Of a DNA stretch of 64,000 nucleotides, positions 32,342-41,947 are shown one piece after another. The position numbers were made by a program, and so were the translations under genes. This DNA is from an uncultured bacterium. Its GTDB lineage: Bacteria > Oederibacteriota > PGYV01 > CAWJRG01. The notes beneath the pieces are model-generated. The model saw nothing but the letters and a program-made list of their open reading frames with translations, searched no databases and was not told where the DNA came from. The DNA is taken from assembly GCA_963845185.1 (NCBI GenBank), contig CAWJRG010000001.1, positions 192,001 through 256,000 on the forward strand, written 5' to 3'. Positions within the stretch are counted from its first letter, which is position 1. The number at the start of each line of letters is the position of its first letter.

Positions 32342-33396
32342 TATTTCACCTTGTTGATGAAATTATAAAGCTCGTCCGATGTCGGCACTCCGCCGCCCGG
32401 CCTTCCGTAAAATTCTATTTTGGATGAGTCCTCAACCGCGATTTTCACGTCGTCAAGCATCTGGCCCATGTTCATCTCAAATACAAAAACTTTTTTTACA
32501 TTTTTGGATGCTTTTTTTATTTCCGCGTAAGGAAAGGGCCATAAAGTAATCGGCCTTATCAACCCTATATTGCCCGATGATTTTTTTATGGCGCCCTTTG
32601 CTATCCTCGCGACCGTGCCAAAAGCAACTATCAAATACTCGGTTTTTTCGCTTATGTTAAAAGCCTCGAACCTCAGCTCGTCTTTCTCTATATTTTTATA
32701 TTTCTTGAACAGGTCAAAGTTATGCGCCTCAAGCGCGCCCGGCTGCATTAAAAGCGAAAGTATTTTTTGGCCATGCCTGCCTTTTGCTCCGGTCAATGCC
32801 CACTTTTTTTCCACATTAAGGTATTTCGGCTTGTTGTCCCTTTTAAGCTCTATATTTTCCATCATCTGCCCGAGCAGGCCGTCTGCCAGAATCATGACCG
32901 GGTTCCTGTATTTGTCCGCAAGATCAAATGCCTCGAATGTAAAATCATACATTTCCTGTATGTTATCCGGCGCCAGCACTATCAAACGGTAATCGCCGTG
33001 CCCCGGCTTTGTGGCCTGAAAATAATCAGACTGCGACGGAGCAATATTGCCGAGCCCCGGCCCGCCGCGCTCGATATTTACTATTACACCAGGCAGCTCG
33101 CAGCCGGCCATATACGATATGCCTTCCTGCATTAAAGATATCCCTGGCGAAGATGACGTCGTCATTGCCCTTGCGCCTGCGACTCCTGCGCCGAATACCA
33201 GGTTTATTGAAATAAGCTCGCTTTCAGCCTGCATGAATACGCCGCCTGCTTCCCTCATGCGCTTTGACATCATTTCCGGTATTTCATTCTGCGGGGTTAT
33301 GGGATATCCTGCGTAAAACCTGCAGCCCGCATCAAGCGCAGCTTCGATTATTGCCTGGTTGCCTTTTATGAATACCTTTTCGGTTTTTGCGCTCAT
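32341..33396 (-). CDS. vorB: 2-oxoacid:ferredoxin oxidoreductase alpha subunit (VorB-like)
   Basis: GYPITPQNE, QAESE, TSSSPGISL, RGGPGLG, EMNMGQM. Confidence 0.88.
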   Translation of the reverse strand: MSAKTEKVFIKGNQAIIEAALDAGCRFYAGYPITPQNEIPEMMSKRMREAGGVFMQAESELISINLVFGAGVAGARAMTTSSSPGISLMQEGISYMAGCELPGVIVNIERGGPGLGNIAPSQSDYFQATKPGHGDYRLIVLAPDNIQEMYDFTFEAFDLADKYRNPVMILADGLLGQMMENIELKRDNKPKYLNVEKKWALTGAKGRHGQKILSLLMQPGALEAHNFDLFKKYKNIEKDELRFEAFNISEKTEYLIVAFGTVARIAKGAIKKSSGNIGLIRPITLWPFPYAEIKKASKNVKKVFVFEMNMGQMLDDVKIAVEDSSKIEFYGRPGGGVPTSDELYNFINKVK

Positions 33397-33620
33397 TTTT
33401 TTGCCTCTACAAGCTCAAAAACTTCGATGGCTGCTTCAGGGCATACTATCGCGCACAGCATGCACGCGTTGCAGTTGCCTCCGCACACAAACTCAGGCAC
33501 AACATAGCCGTATTTATTGGCTTTTGTACCTGCTTTTATCTCCTTAAACCTGCACTCCTCTATGCATAAAAGGCATCCTTTGCATTTGTCAAAATCTATC
33601 TTTATCTTGCCTTTTCTCAT
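33393..33620 (-). CDS. 2x[4Fe-4S] ferredoxin (delta subunit)
   Basis: CKGCLLCIEEC and CNACMLCAIVCP; start re-placed at ATG 33620. Confidence 0.9.
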   Translation of the reverse strand: MRKGKIKIDFDKCKGCLLCIEECRFKEIKAGTKANKYGYVVPEFVCGGNCNACMLCAIVCPEAAIEVFELVEAKK

Positions 33621-33633
33621 TTTGTTCACCCTT

Positions 33634-33736
33634 AGCAAGAGTTTATTTTTGCAAGCCGCCGACAGGCGCAGCAAAAATATTACTCTTGCTTAGTACCCGC
33701 TCAAGTCCGAGGCTTCAGCCGAGGACAAGTGGTATT
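33634..33736. repeat. Double-hairpin element, copy 3 (repeat family 3)
   Basis: agcaagagt...actcttgct then tacccgct..gtccgaggcttcagccgaggac..agtggta. Confidence 0.75.
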
Positions 33737-33781
33737 AGAAAGTTGGATAAAACAAAAAAACTTTTTAAATTTGTGGGATTT

Positions 33782-33810
33782 ATTATAATATAAATATAAT
33801 CATTTGACAA
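33782..33810 (-). promoter_or_regulatory. Sigma70 promoter of the oxidoreductase operon
   Basis: TTGTCA-17bp-TATAAT on the minus strand. Confidence 0.6.
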
Positions 33811-33840
33811 CGGATAATTATTGTATCCGGCTTTTCCACC

Positions 33841-33869
33841 TTGACAAAGCATAATATAGCGGATAATAT
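33841..33869 (+). promoter_or_regulatory. Promoter of the beta-barrel array (paralogous copies at 35747..35775 and 36726..36754)
   Basis: TTGACA-17bp-TAA(T/C)AT conserved before genes 1, 3 and 4. Confidence 0.6.
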
Positions 33870-33962
33870 ATATATAATGATTAACAAAAACAGAACCAAG
33901 GAGGTGGTTTTAGTTTTATTCAATATTATTATAAAACAATATAATTCCAAAAGGAGAAAAAC

Positions 33963-34729
33963 ATGAAAAAACTCTTAATTGTACTTGCTTTAGTAACGGC
34001 TTTTGCAATCCCGTCTTTTGCGGATTTTTTCAATATCAATCTTTCAGGCGGATACACAACTCTTACAATGGCAAAAGCAAATACTTTCATACAATCAACT
34101 GCAGATAGTTTTGTGCTGAATCCCAGCGCAACCAAGCTCGGAAATGGTTTCTATGGCGCGCTCGACCTGAATTTTGCAATATTGCCCGTGCTTATGTTTG
34201 GCCCAAGGGTTGAATATATATATGCCCCGGAAGCAAAAGCCAGCGGCACGGGTTCCGAGACATTGCCGGTGCTTGGGACAGTATCAGGAACCATAACAGA
34301 TACTTTTGGCGCTTCATTAATCCCAATAATGCTTGGCATAAGCTACAAGTTGTCGCTTCCCGGCTTGCCTCTTTCACTTAAAGCAGGGGTATATGGCGGT
34401 TACGGCCTTGCGTACGCTTATCAAAATATTAATATGAGTGTTACCGGCGTTACGATACCGGGTGTAGATATCCCTTTTACCGGTTCCGGGTTCGTAGGCG
34501 AAGCGCTTTTAAGCGTTGATTTTTCCGTTGCTCCGTTTACTTCCTTCGGCCTTAATTTCGGTTACAGGACCGCGATATCTCTCAAATGAGCGTGGCAAAC
34601 GATGTTTCAATCAATGGCGTTCCAAAATCCATCACAAAAAATACTGTCCTGAAAGATTCAAGCGGCAGTGCTGTACCGTTTGATTACAGCGGTTTAATAG
34701 CGGGCTTGTCATTGACTTTTGGATTCTAA
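33963..34729 (+). CDS. Predicted outer-membrane beta-barrel, array member 1 (frameshift near 34574)
   Basis: Signal peptide and amphipathic strands. One added base restores ANISQM...FDYSGLIAGLSLTFGF*, matching member 5. Confidence 0.7.
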
Positions 34730-34813
34730 TTATAAAGACCTCATGAAAAGGAGGTGGAATGGTTTAATTTTTATTCAATATTTATATATATTATAAACTA
34801 AAAAGGAGGAAAC

Positions 34814-35650
34814 ATGAAGAAATTTTTAATCACGGTTATTATTATTCTTTGCGCATGGTCTTTATCTTTTGCCGATGACATTGGTTTTGGAGGAGGTTTT
34901 AACTTTTTCATTGATTACACATCTGTTTCAATGGGAAAAGTAAACAGCGCGCTGGATTCTGCGAAGGGACTTCTTGAACAAGCAGGTTCATTTTTCGGTA
35001 TAACCCCGACTGAATCAAAATTAGGCAGCGGTATTCTTGGAGGCATAGCAGCGAATGTCGATCTTAAACTAATGGATACGTTCAGCGTTGGTCTCGGCTT
35101 TAGGGCCGGTTACCTTTCTGCATTTCCGGGTTCTGCAAAATTAAAGACTGATAATATCCTGGGAAGTGGTTACAGCCTTGATTTCGAGGATAATTATAGC
35201 GCATCTTTAATACCGCTTGAAGTGGGCCTTGAAGGCAAGTTTAATATTCCGGCGATTTCAGCTTCATTGGGCCTGGGCGGTTATTTAGGCTATGGCATGG
35301 CGTCAGTAAGCAACGAATGGAAACTAAACTCAACAGAGCCATTAAGCACAAATTTCGATGATACAATTCCCTACAGCGGAGGATGTCTGGTTGTGGACAT
35401 TATCGGGAATGCGTCTGTTAATATCAGTATAATATCAGTTGGCCTTGACCTTGGCTACAGGGTAGCAAATGTCAGCCATGTGACTGCCACAAAAGATTTC
35501 AGTGATACGAACTCGGGTATAACCGTTAAAAAAGGCGATACCATGAAAGACGGCAACGCAAACGGCACTTTCATGCCGGGCACCGGTAATACAGTGTCTG
35601 TTGATTTTGGCGGTTTAATTGTTGGTATAAAATTTGGAGTCGCGTTTTAA
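34814..35650 (+). CDS. Predicted outer-membrane beta-barrel, member 2
   Basis: Signal peptide, SLIPLE, GLDLGYR, DFGG, C-terminal Phe. Confidence 0.75.
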   Translation: MKKFLITVIIILCAWSLSFADDIGFGGGFNFFIDYTSVSMGKVNSALDSAKGLLEQAGSFFGITPTESKLGSGILGGIAANVDLKLMDTFSVGLGFRAGYLSAFPGSAKLKTDNILGSGYSLDFEDNYSASLIPLEVGLEGKFNIPAISASLGLGGYLGYGMASVSNEWKLNSTEPLSTNFDDTIPYSGGCLVVDIIGNASVNISIISVGLDLGYRVANVSHVTATKDFSDTNSGITVKKGDTMKDGNANGTFMPGTGNTVSVDFGGLIVGIKFGVAF

Positions 35651-35661
35651 CTTTTGCATTC

Positions 35662-35701
35662 AATAAAAAAGGGGAGCGGTTAACGCTCCCCTTTTTTTAT
35701 T
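35662..35701. terminator. Bidirectional intrinsic terminator (near-identical copies at 36642..36680 and 37681..37718)
   Basis: A-tract GGGGAGCG loop CGCTCCCC T-tract. Confidence 0.85.
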
Positions 35702-35811
35702 TCAGCATTTCTTCAATCTATATCAGGCATGCTTTATAATTCATTCTTGACAAAACACATAAGAATAGATAACATATATTTAAGATAAAAAAAACTAAAA
35801 AAGGAGGAAAC

Positions 35812-36630
35812 ATGAAGAAATTTTTAATCGCGGTTATTATCATTCTTTGCGCATGGTCTTTATCTTTTGCTGATGAAATTGGTTTCGGAGGAGGCGTGAA
35901 CTTTTTTGCAGATTACACAACAGTTTCAATGGGAAAAATAAACAGCCAGGTCGATTACGTTCAAAATTACATTCAAACTATGGCTGCCGGCTTGGGTACC
36001 CCCACGGAAACAAAACTCGGCAGTGGTTTTCTTGGAGGCATAGCAGCGAATTTCGATCTTAAGCTAATGGATATGTTCAGCGTCGGCCTCGGCTTTAGGG
36101 GCGGTTATCTTTATGCGTTTCCCGGCTCTGTAAAATTAAATATTAGTAATATTTATGGATCCGGTTACAATGTGGATATCACTGATACATTTAGCGGGTC
36201 TTTGATTCCGCTTGAAATAGGTGTTTCCGGCAAAGTAAATATCCCCTCGACAGGCATATCCGCAGGACTTGGGTTATATGGAGGTATAGGCATAGCATCG
36301 GCAAGCACAGAACAGAAGTTTACCACAACCATTCCGAACATACAAAATGACGACGTTACAGTCCCATACAGCGGCACATGCGCGGTTTTTGATATTATTG
36401 GCAATGTATCTGTTACAATGAGCATAATATCGGTCGGTCTTGACCTCGGCTACAGGATAGCTGATGTTTCACAAATAAAAGCAACACAAACTATTACTGA
36501 TAATAACAGTATTTTTCCCACCAGCGTTAACAAAGGCGATGTTGCGAAAGATATAAACGGCGACGGCGGCATTATTGATGTCGATTTCGGCGGCTTGGTT
36601 GTTGGTATAAAAGTCGGCGTCGCGTTTTAA
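35812..36630 (+). CDS. Predicted outer-membrane beta-barrel, member 3
   Basis: Paralogue of member 2, with near-identical signal peptide; ends GVAF. Confidence 0.75.
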   Translation: MKKFLIAVIIILCAWSLSFADEIGFGGGVNFFADYTTVSMGKINSQVDYVQNYIQTMAAGLGTPTETKLGSGFLGGIAANFDLKLMDMFSVGLGFRGGYLYAFPGSVKLNISNIYGSGYNVDITDTFSGSLIPLEIGVSGKVNIPSTGISAGLGLYGGIGIASASTEQKFTTTIPNIQNDDVTVPYSGTCAVFDIIGNVSVTMSIISVGLDLGYRIADVSQIKATQTITDNNSIFPTSVNKGDVAKDINGDGGIIDVDFGGLVVGIKVGVAF

Positions 36631-36859
36631 CTTTTGCATTCAATAAAAAAAGGGAGCGTTAATCGCTCCCTTTTTTTATTTCACTGGTTCTTTGATATAT
36701 ATAAGGCATGCTTTTCAATTCCTTCTTGACAAAGCATAAGATATTATTTAACATGTATTTAAGGTGATAATAAAAAGAAAAACTTAAACAAGAGGAGGTG
36801 AAATAGTTTAGTTTTTATCCAATATTAATCAATATATTATAAACTTAAAAGGAGGAAAC

Positions 36860-37669
36860 ATGAGGAAATTATTAATCGCAGCGGTTCTTGTTCTTAGTTT
36901 ATCGTCTTTAACATTTGCTATTGGAGGAGGCGTGTACTTTTTTGCAGATTACACTTCAGTTTCAATGTCAAAAGCAAATAGCCAGATAGATTACATTGAG
37001 AATAATCTTAGCAACAATAACCCCTTTGGCGTTAACCCGACAGAAACAAAACTCGGCAGCGGTTTTCTCGGAGGTTTGGAAGCAAACATAGATGTTCCTA
37101 TTGTTGATATTTTTGCCATAGACGCCGGACTGCGCGGTGGTTATCTTTATGCGTTCCCGGGATCTATAAAATTGAATGCTACAAATATTATGGGCACCGG
37201 TTACAACCTGGATCTCAATGCAACATTTAACGGGTCTTTAATTCCAATTGAAATAGGCGTTGCAGGCAAATTAAATATTCCGGCAACAGGGATATCTGCA
37301 AGCCTCGGATTTTACGGAGGGTTAGGCATGGCATCTGTAAGCCAGGAAATGAAGTTGACCACAAATATTCCAGCAGGTATGGGGCCATCAAACGATGACG
37401 TTACGGTTCCATACAGCGGCACATGCCCGGTTTTTGAAATTATCGGTAATTTGTCCGCGACAATCAGCGTAATATCGATAGGCCTTGACCTCGGTTACAG
37501 GATGGCGGATGCTTCACAAATGAAGGCAACAAAGACTGTTAATGATTCCAATTTTAACATAGCTGTTAATAAAGGCGATGCTATGAAAGATGCGAACGGC
37601 GACGGCGGTAATGTAGACATTGATTTTAGCGGTTTGATTGTTGGTTTGAAAGTAGGAGTCTCGTTCTAA
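36860..37669 (+). CDS. Predicted outer-membrane beta-barrel, member 4
   Basis: Paralogue; ends GVSF. Confidence 0.75.
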   Translation: MRKLLIAAVLVLSLSSLTFAIGGGVYFFADYTSVSMSKANSQIDYIENNLSNNNPFGVNPTETKLGSGFLGGLEANIDVPIVDIFAIDAGLRGGYLYAFPGSIKLNATNIMGTGYNLDLNATFNGSLIPIEIGVAGKLNIPATGISASLGFYGGLGMASVSQEMKLTTNIPAGMGPSNDDVTVPYSGTCPVFEIIGNLSATISVISIGLDLGYRMADASQMKATKTVNDSNFNIAVNKGDAMKDANGDGGNVDIDFSGLIVGLKVGVSF

Positions 37670-37748
37670 TTTTATTATTCAATAAAAAAGGGAGCGGTTA
37701 ATGCTCCCTTTTTTTATTTCAACGTCTCCACAGTCTTATGGAGGGAAC

Positions 37749-38552
37749 ATGAAAAGATTTTTAATCACGCTTGTTTTGGCAACGGTTTTAGCCATTCCGT
37801 CATTTGCAAATAACTTTAATATTAGCCTTTCGGGCGGTTATACAACGCTTATAATGGCAAAAGTGAATGAATTCGTACAATCAATCCAAAATTCAGCCGG
37901 AGGGTGGGGCACTGTAACCAACCTCAACAGCGGTTATTATGCCGCGCTTGACGCAAATTTCACAGTACTTCCCTCACTCACGATAGGCCCAAGAATTGAA
38001 TTTGTCAATGCCATGGCAGGCGAATACAATTTTTCAGGTTATGTCCCGACTTTTGGGCAGTTGTCCTTTACAGATTCTTTTGGCGCTTCATTAATCCCAA
38101 TACTTTTAGGCATAAGCTATAGTACTTATTTCCCTCACATTTCCGTAAAATACGCAGTATATGGGGGTTATGGTTTTGCAGCCGCATACAACAACGCGAG
38201 TTTCTTTATGCCGGCTTCGGGACAGCTGACAGAAAACATTCCCCTTTCCGGCTCGGGCCTTGTCGGTGAAATACTGGTAAGCGGCGATTATTCTTTTGCC
38301 CGATTTTTTTCAATCGGCCTTAATCTGGGATTCAGGATGGCGAATATCCCGCAGATGAAAGCGGCAAAAGATGTTCCGCCTGTTTCCGGTATTTCCAATA
38401 TTCCGGGCGCTTCAGGTATTTACGGTATTTCCGGTTTTACAAGCGGAATAACAAAAGGCAGTGTGTTTAAAGACCAGGCAACAACCGGCAACGACCTGCC
38501 GTTTGATTACAGCGGCTTGATGACGGGTTTGGCATTTAATTTCAGTTTTTAA
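37749..38552 (+). CDS. Predicted outer-membrane beta-barrel, member 5
   Basis: Start re-placed at ATG 37749 after GGAGGG; paralogue of member 1; ends NFSF. Confidence 0.75.
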   Translation: MKRFLITLVLATVLAIPSFANNFNISLSGGYTTLIMAKVNEFVQSIQNSAGGWGTVTNLNSGYYAALDANFTVLPSLTIGPRIEFVNAMAGEYNFSGYVPTFGQLSFTDSFGASLIPILLGISYSTYFPHISVKYAVYGGYGFAAAYNNASFFMPASGQLTENIPLSGSGLVGEILVSGDYSFARFFSIGLNLGFRMANIPQMKAAKDVPPVSGISNIPGASGIYGISGFTSGITKGSVFKDQATTGNDLPFDYSGLMTGLAFNFSF

Positions 38553-38568
38553 TTTAATTCACTTTAAT

Positions 38569-38596
38569 GTAGAGACACGCCATGGCGTGTCTCTAC
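38569..38596. repeat. Intact 28-bp GTAG-type REP palindrome
   Basis: Perfect palindrome GTAGAGACACGCCATGGCGTGTCTCTAC. Confidence 0.9.
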
Positions 38597-38630
38597 TGCT
38601 TTCAGATTTTTAGTTTTGCAGGAGGAAAAC

Positions 38631-39382
38631 ATGAAAAAATTTTTGATTACGCTCGCTTTATAATAACCCCTGCCATTGCCTTATTTTCAGAAACCCTTAA
38701 CTTTAATTTTTCGCTTGGATATGCAACAACAGCAATAAATGACATTGATAATGCCCTTCAAAATATCCCGAATGCCACAGGCTCAGTACCCGCGCCGAAC
38801 AGCGGTAATTACTTTGCTTTTGAAGCAAATTACAAATTACAAAACGGTTTTATGATAGGCCCCAGGATAGAGTTCATAAATACGGATATGTATACCTGGC
38901 AATTTGGTTATTATAACGACTATACTGCCGCTTTAATGCCAATACTTATTGGCGTAAGTAACAAGTATGATTATCATGAAATGACAGTTTTGGGTTATCC
39001 AGGAGTACCAATTTTTATAAAAGTTGGATTATATTTAGGTTATGCCCTTGGAAGTGCATATAATAACATTAAAAAGAATTATCCCGGTACGGAAATGTCG
39101 GTTTTCTATGGGTCCACAATACGGACTATTGAAACAGTATCAATGAATGGTTCAGGCTTTGTCGCCGAAGCACTTATAAGCTTTAATTGCGGTTTTCTCG
39201 CTCTCAACATTGGTTACAGGGAAGCCTATATTCACCAAATGACATATTCGAATAATCTTTCAGATTCCAATCTCGGGATATATGTCAATAAAGGGGCTGT
39301 GGTCAAGGATTTAAACAACAAAACTTTGGGGTTTGATTTCAGCGGTTTCATTTTCGGTCCGGCAATAAATATCGGGTTTTAA
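38631..39382 (+). CDS. Predicted outer-membrane beta-barrel, member 6 (frameshift near 38660 in the signal peptide)
   Basis: GGAGG-ATG 38631 reads MKKFLITLAL then shifts into the track ORF (ITPAIALFSE); GPRIEF, LMPILIG, FDFSG; ends NIGF. Confidence 0.7.
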
Positions 39383-39384
39383 TT

Positions 39385-39413
39385 TAACAGACAGCCCGCC
39401 GGGTCGTCTCTAC
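39385..39413. repeat. Degenerate REP variant between members 6 and 7
   Basis: ...cccgccgggtcgtctctac matches the reverse complement of the 55031 variant. Confidence 0.7.
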
Positions 39414-39452
39414 CTTTAATCTTATAAAAATTTTAATTCTACGGGAGGAAAC

Positions 39453-40307
39453 ATGAAGAAGATTTTAGTCGCAGCAGTTCTTTTTGCCGGTTTATCGCCT
39501 TTGACAAACGCAATGGATATAACACAGTCAACGGGAACGAATACAAATCCTTCTACTCTTGGATGGGGTGTGAACATTTTTGCCGATTACACTACAGTTT
39601 CAATGGGAAAAGCAAACAGCCAGATAGATTACGTAGAAAGCGGAACAAAGGCTGCATTCGGCGCCTTAGGTATCGGCCCGACAGAAATAAAATTCGGCGG
39701 CGCTTTTCTTGCAGGCTTAACCGCAAATATAGAAATCCCTTTTCTTGATATTTGGGCCTGTGATATTGGTTTAAGGGGCGGTTATCTTAATGCATTTCCG
39801 GGTTCTGTACAGTTGAATTCCAGCGATATTATGGGGTCCGGCTTGAACATAGATTTAGCCGACACATATAATGCGTCTTTGATTCCGCTTGAAATAGGTG
39901 TTGCCGGTAAAATAAATATCCCAAATACGGCAATTTCAGCAAGTCTTGGAATATACGGAGGTTATGGCATAGCATCAGGAAGCGAAGAAGTAATGGTTAA
40001 CACAAACATTCCAGCGGGTATGGGCGCCCCTGCAAACGACAGCGTTACAATTCCGTACGGCGGCTCATGCGCGGTTTTTGAAATTATCGGCAATGCGTCC
40101 ATAAAAATCAATATGTTATCTTTAGGCCTCGACCTCGGCTACAGGATAGCCGATGTTTCCCGGGTGAAGGCAACAAAAACCGTCACTGATTCCAATTTCG
40201 ATTTAAATGTGCAGAACGGTGCTGTTTTCAAAGACAAAAACGGCAATGCCGTGGATTTTGATTTCGGCGGCTTGATTGTCGGCTTGAAAACCGGCATCGA
40301 GTTCTAA
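39453..40307 (+). CDS. Predicted outer-membrane beta-barrel, member 7
   Basis: Paralogue of members 2-4; ends GIEF. Confidence 0.75.
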   Translation: MKKILVAAVLFAGLSPLTNAMDITQSTGTNTNPSTLGWGVNIFADYTTVSMGKANSQIDYVESGTKAAFGALGIGPTEIKFGGAFLAGLTANIEIPFLDIWACDIGLRGGYLNAFPGSVQLNSSDIMGSGLNIDLADTYNASLIPLEIGVAGKINIPNTAISASLGIYGGYGIASGSEEVMVNTNIPAGMGAPANDSVTIPYGGSCAVFEIIGNASIKINMLSLGLDLGYRIADVSRVKATKTVTDSNFDLNVQNGAVFKDKNGNAVDFDFGGLIVGLKTGIEF

Positions 40308-40333
40308 TTTTATCATCGTAGAGACACGCCATG

Positions 40334-41947
40334 GAGTCTGTCTCAAAAGCCTCTTAATTCTTTGACATAAATGGTATAATGGTTTCAAAATTTAGCGAAG
40401 GAGAAACCAAATGCCAACGATAAGAGCCGATAGAAATCAAATGTATCTACTGCCACCGGCAATAGAAGATTGGGTTTCAAAAGATCATTTAGCTCGATTT
40501 GTCGTAGAATTCGTAGAAGAATTACCGCTTGAAGAGATGGGTTTTAAAATGGAAGAAGAAACCGGAAGACCGGGATATTTTGTAGATCTTTTACTTGGGG
40601 CATGGATGTACGGCATACTGGAAGGAAAAAAGAGCAGCAGAAAAGTTGAAAAAATGACTTACGATTCAATGGGGATGATATGGATAACCGGGAATAATCA
40701 TCCCGACCATAATACGCTATGGAGATTTTTTAAAGGAAATAAAGAGCAGATAAGGGTTTTACTGAAGGAGACGGTGCGTGTGGCAACAAACAACAATTTG
40801 GTTGGTTTTGAAATTCAAGCCGTGGACGGCACAAAAATACAGGCAGATGTAAATAAGGAAAAGACCAAAACAATAAAAGACATGAATAAAAAAATACAAG
40901 AATTAGACAGAGAAATAGACAAAATAATGGTGGAAATTGAGAAAAATGACGAACAAGACGATGAAGAGGGCAAAAGTAAGTGCGGAATGCCAAAAGAATT
41001 GCAGGAAAAGGAGAAACTGCGTCAGGTAATAAGAGAACATATAGAACGTATGAAAAGTGAAGGAAAAACAACTGAAAACCCCACAGATAGAGACAGCCGG
41101 TTCATGATGACAAGAGGTAAAGGACTGCAACAGGCATATAACTCACAGGTTGTTGTGGACGCAAAGAAACAGATAATTGTGGCAGAGAATGTGACAAACA
41201 AGGAATCGGATGCTCACATGCTGAATGATATGATAGAAAAAGCAGAGTCGAATACCGGACAAAAATCAGGAGTAACGCTTGCGGATGGAGGGTATTATTC
41301 ACCGGAAGAACTGGCAAAAGCCAAAGAAGAAAAAAGGAATATAATTGTTAACTTGCCGGAGGATGACAGCGATAGGCCGTATGGCAAAGCGCATTTTAAA
41401 TACGACAAAGAAAAAAACGAATATGTATGTCCTAAAAATGGCAGGCTTGAATATACCAGTATAAGGAAGAAGAAAAACGGAAAAGAGACAATGATATACC
41501 GATGCGGGGATCATAGGGATTGTATTTATAAATACGAATGCAGCAAGGTAAAATCCGGAAGGATAATAGAAGCAAATAAGCATGAGTATGAGGAGATAGT
41601 GTCAATATACAGAGAAGAAGCTAGGGTCAATAACTGGAAAGAACAGCTTCGAAAGAGAAAAACAATAGTTGAGCCATTATTGGGACGTATAAAAAACGTA
41701 CTTGGTTTTACAAGATTTAGTGTTAGAGGAATCGAAAGCGTAAAAACACAATGGTCTTTTATATGCGCCGCCCATAACATAAAGACAATGTATGCCTTGT
41801 GGAGGGAAGGTAAGGTTAAATTAAGGTTCGCAACCTGACAAGAAAAGAACCACAAATCGAAAAGAAGAGAAATAATAAAGATAGGGGCTAAAAAACGCGA
41901 TAAGTGTAGGCAATGCAAGGCGTTTAAAAGAGTTTTGAGACAGACTC
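40334..41947 (+). mobile_element. IS1182-family insertion sequence, copy 2 (complete, 1614 bp) inserted in a REP
   Basis: 15-bp perfect terminal IRs GAGTCTGTCTCAAAA; CATG on both sides (40330-40333, 41948-41951); REP halves at 40318 and ending at 41963. Confidence 0.93.
40411..41838 (+). CDS. IS1182-family DDE transposase
   Basis: PDHNTLWRF, VDGTKIQA, TDRDSRFM, AYNSQ, ADGGYYS, Y.CP, RKTIVEP..G.IK...GF.RF..RG. Confidence 0.92.
   Translation: MPTIRADRNQMYLLPPAIEDWVSKDHLARFVVEFVEELPLEEMGFKMEEETGRPGYFVDLLLGAWMYGILEGKKSSRKVEKMTYDSMGMIWITGNNHPDHNTLWRFFKGNKEQIRVLLKETVRVATNNNLVGFEIQAVDGTKIQADVNKEKTKTIKDMNKKIQELDREIDKIMVEIEKNDEQDDEEGKSKCGMPKELQEKEKLRQVIREHIERMKSEGKTTENPTDRDSRFMMTRGKGLQQAYNSQVVVDAKKQIIVAENVTNKESDAHMLNDMIEKAESNTGQKSGVTLADGGYYSPEELAKAKEEKRNIIVNLPEDDSDRPYGKAHFKYDKEKNEYVCPKNGRLEYTSIRKKKNGKETMIYRCGDHRDCIYKYECSKVKSGRIIEANKHEYEEIVSIYREEARVNNWKEQLRKRKTIVEPLLGRIKNVLGFTRFSVRGIESVKTQWSFICAAHNIKTMYALWREGKVKLRFAT

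Noticed and set aside
33621..33674. N-terminal extensions in the track (also 37701, 38582, 42613, 63523, 5860)
   Set aside because: They run through repeats, terminators or the upstream gene; downstream ATGs with better context fit the protein families
33963..40307. Diversity-generating retroelement or invertase shufflon behind the barrel array
   Set aside because: No reverse transcriptase, no adenine-specific TR/VR pair, no site-specific recombinase, and all genes are co-oriented
40362..40380. Perfect TTGACA and TATAAT inside the IS left end
   Set aside because: Only 7 bp apart, incompatible with a single sigma70 promoter
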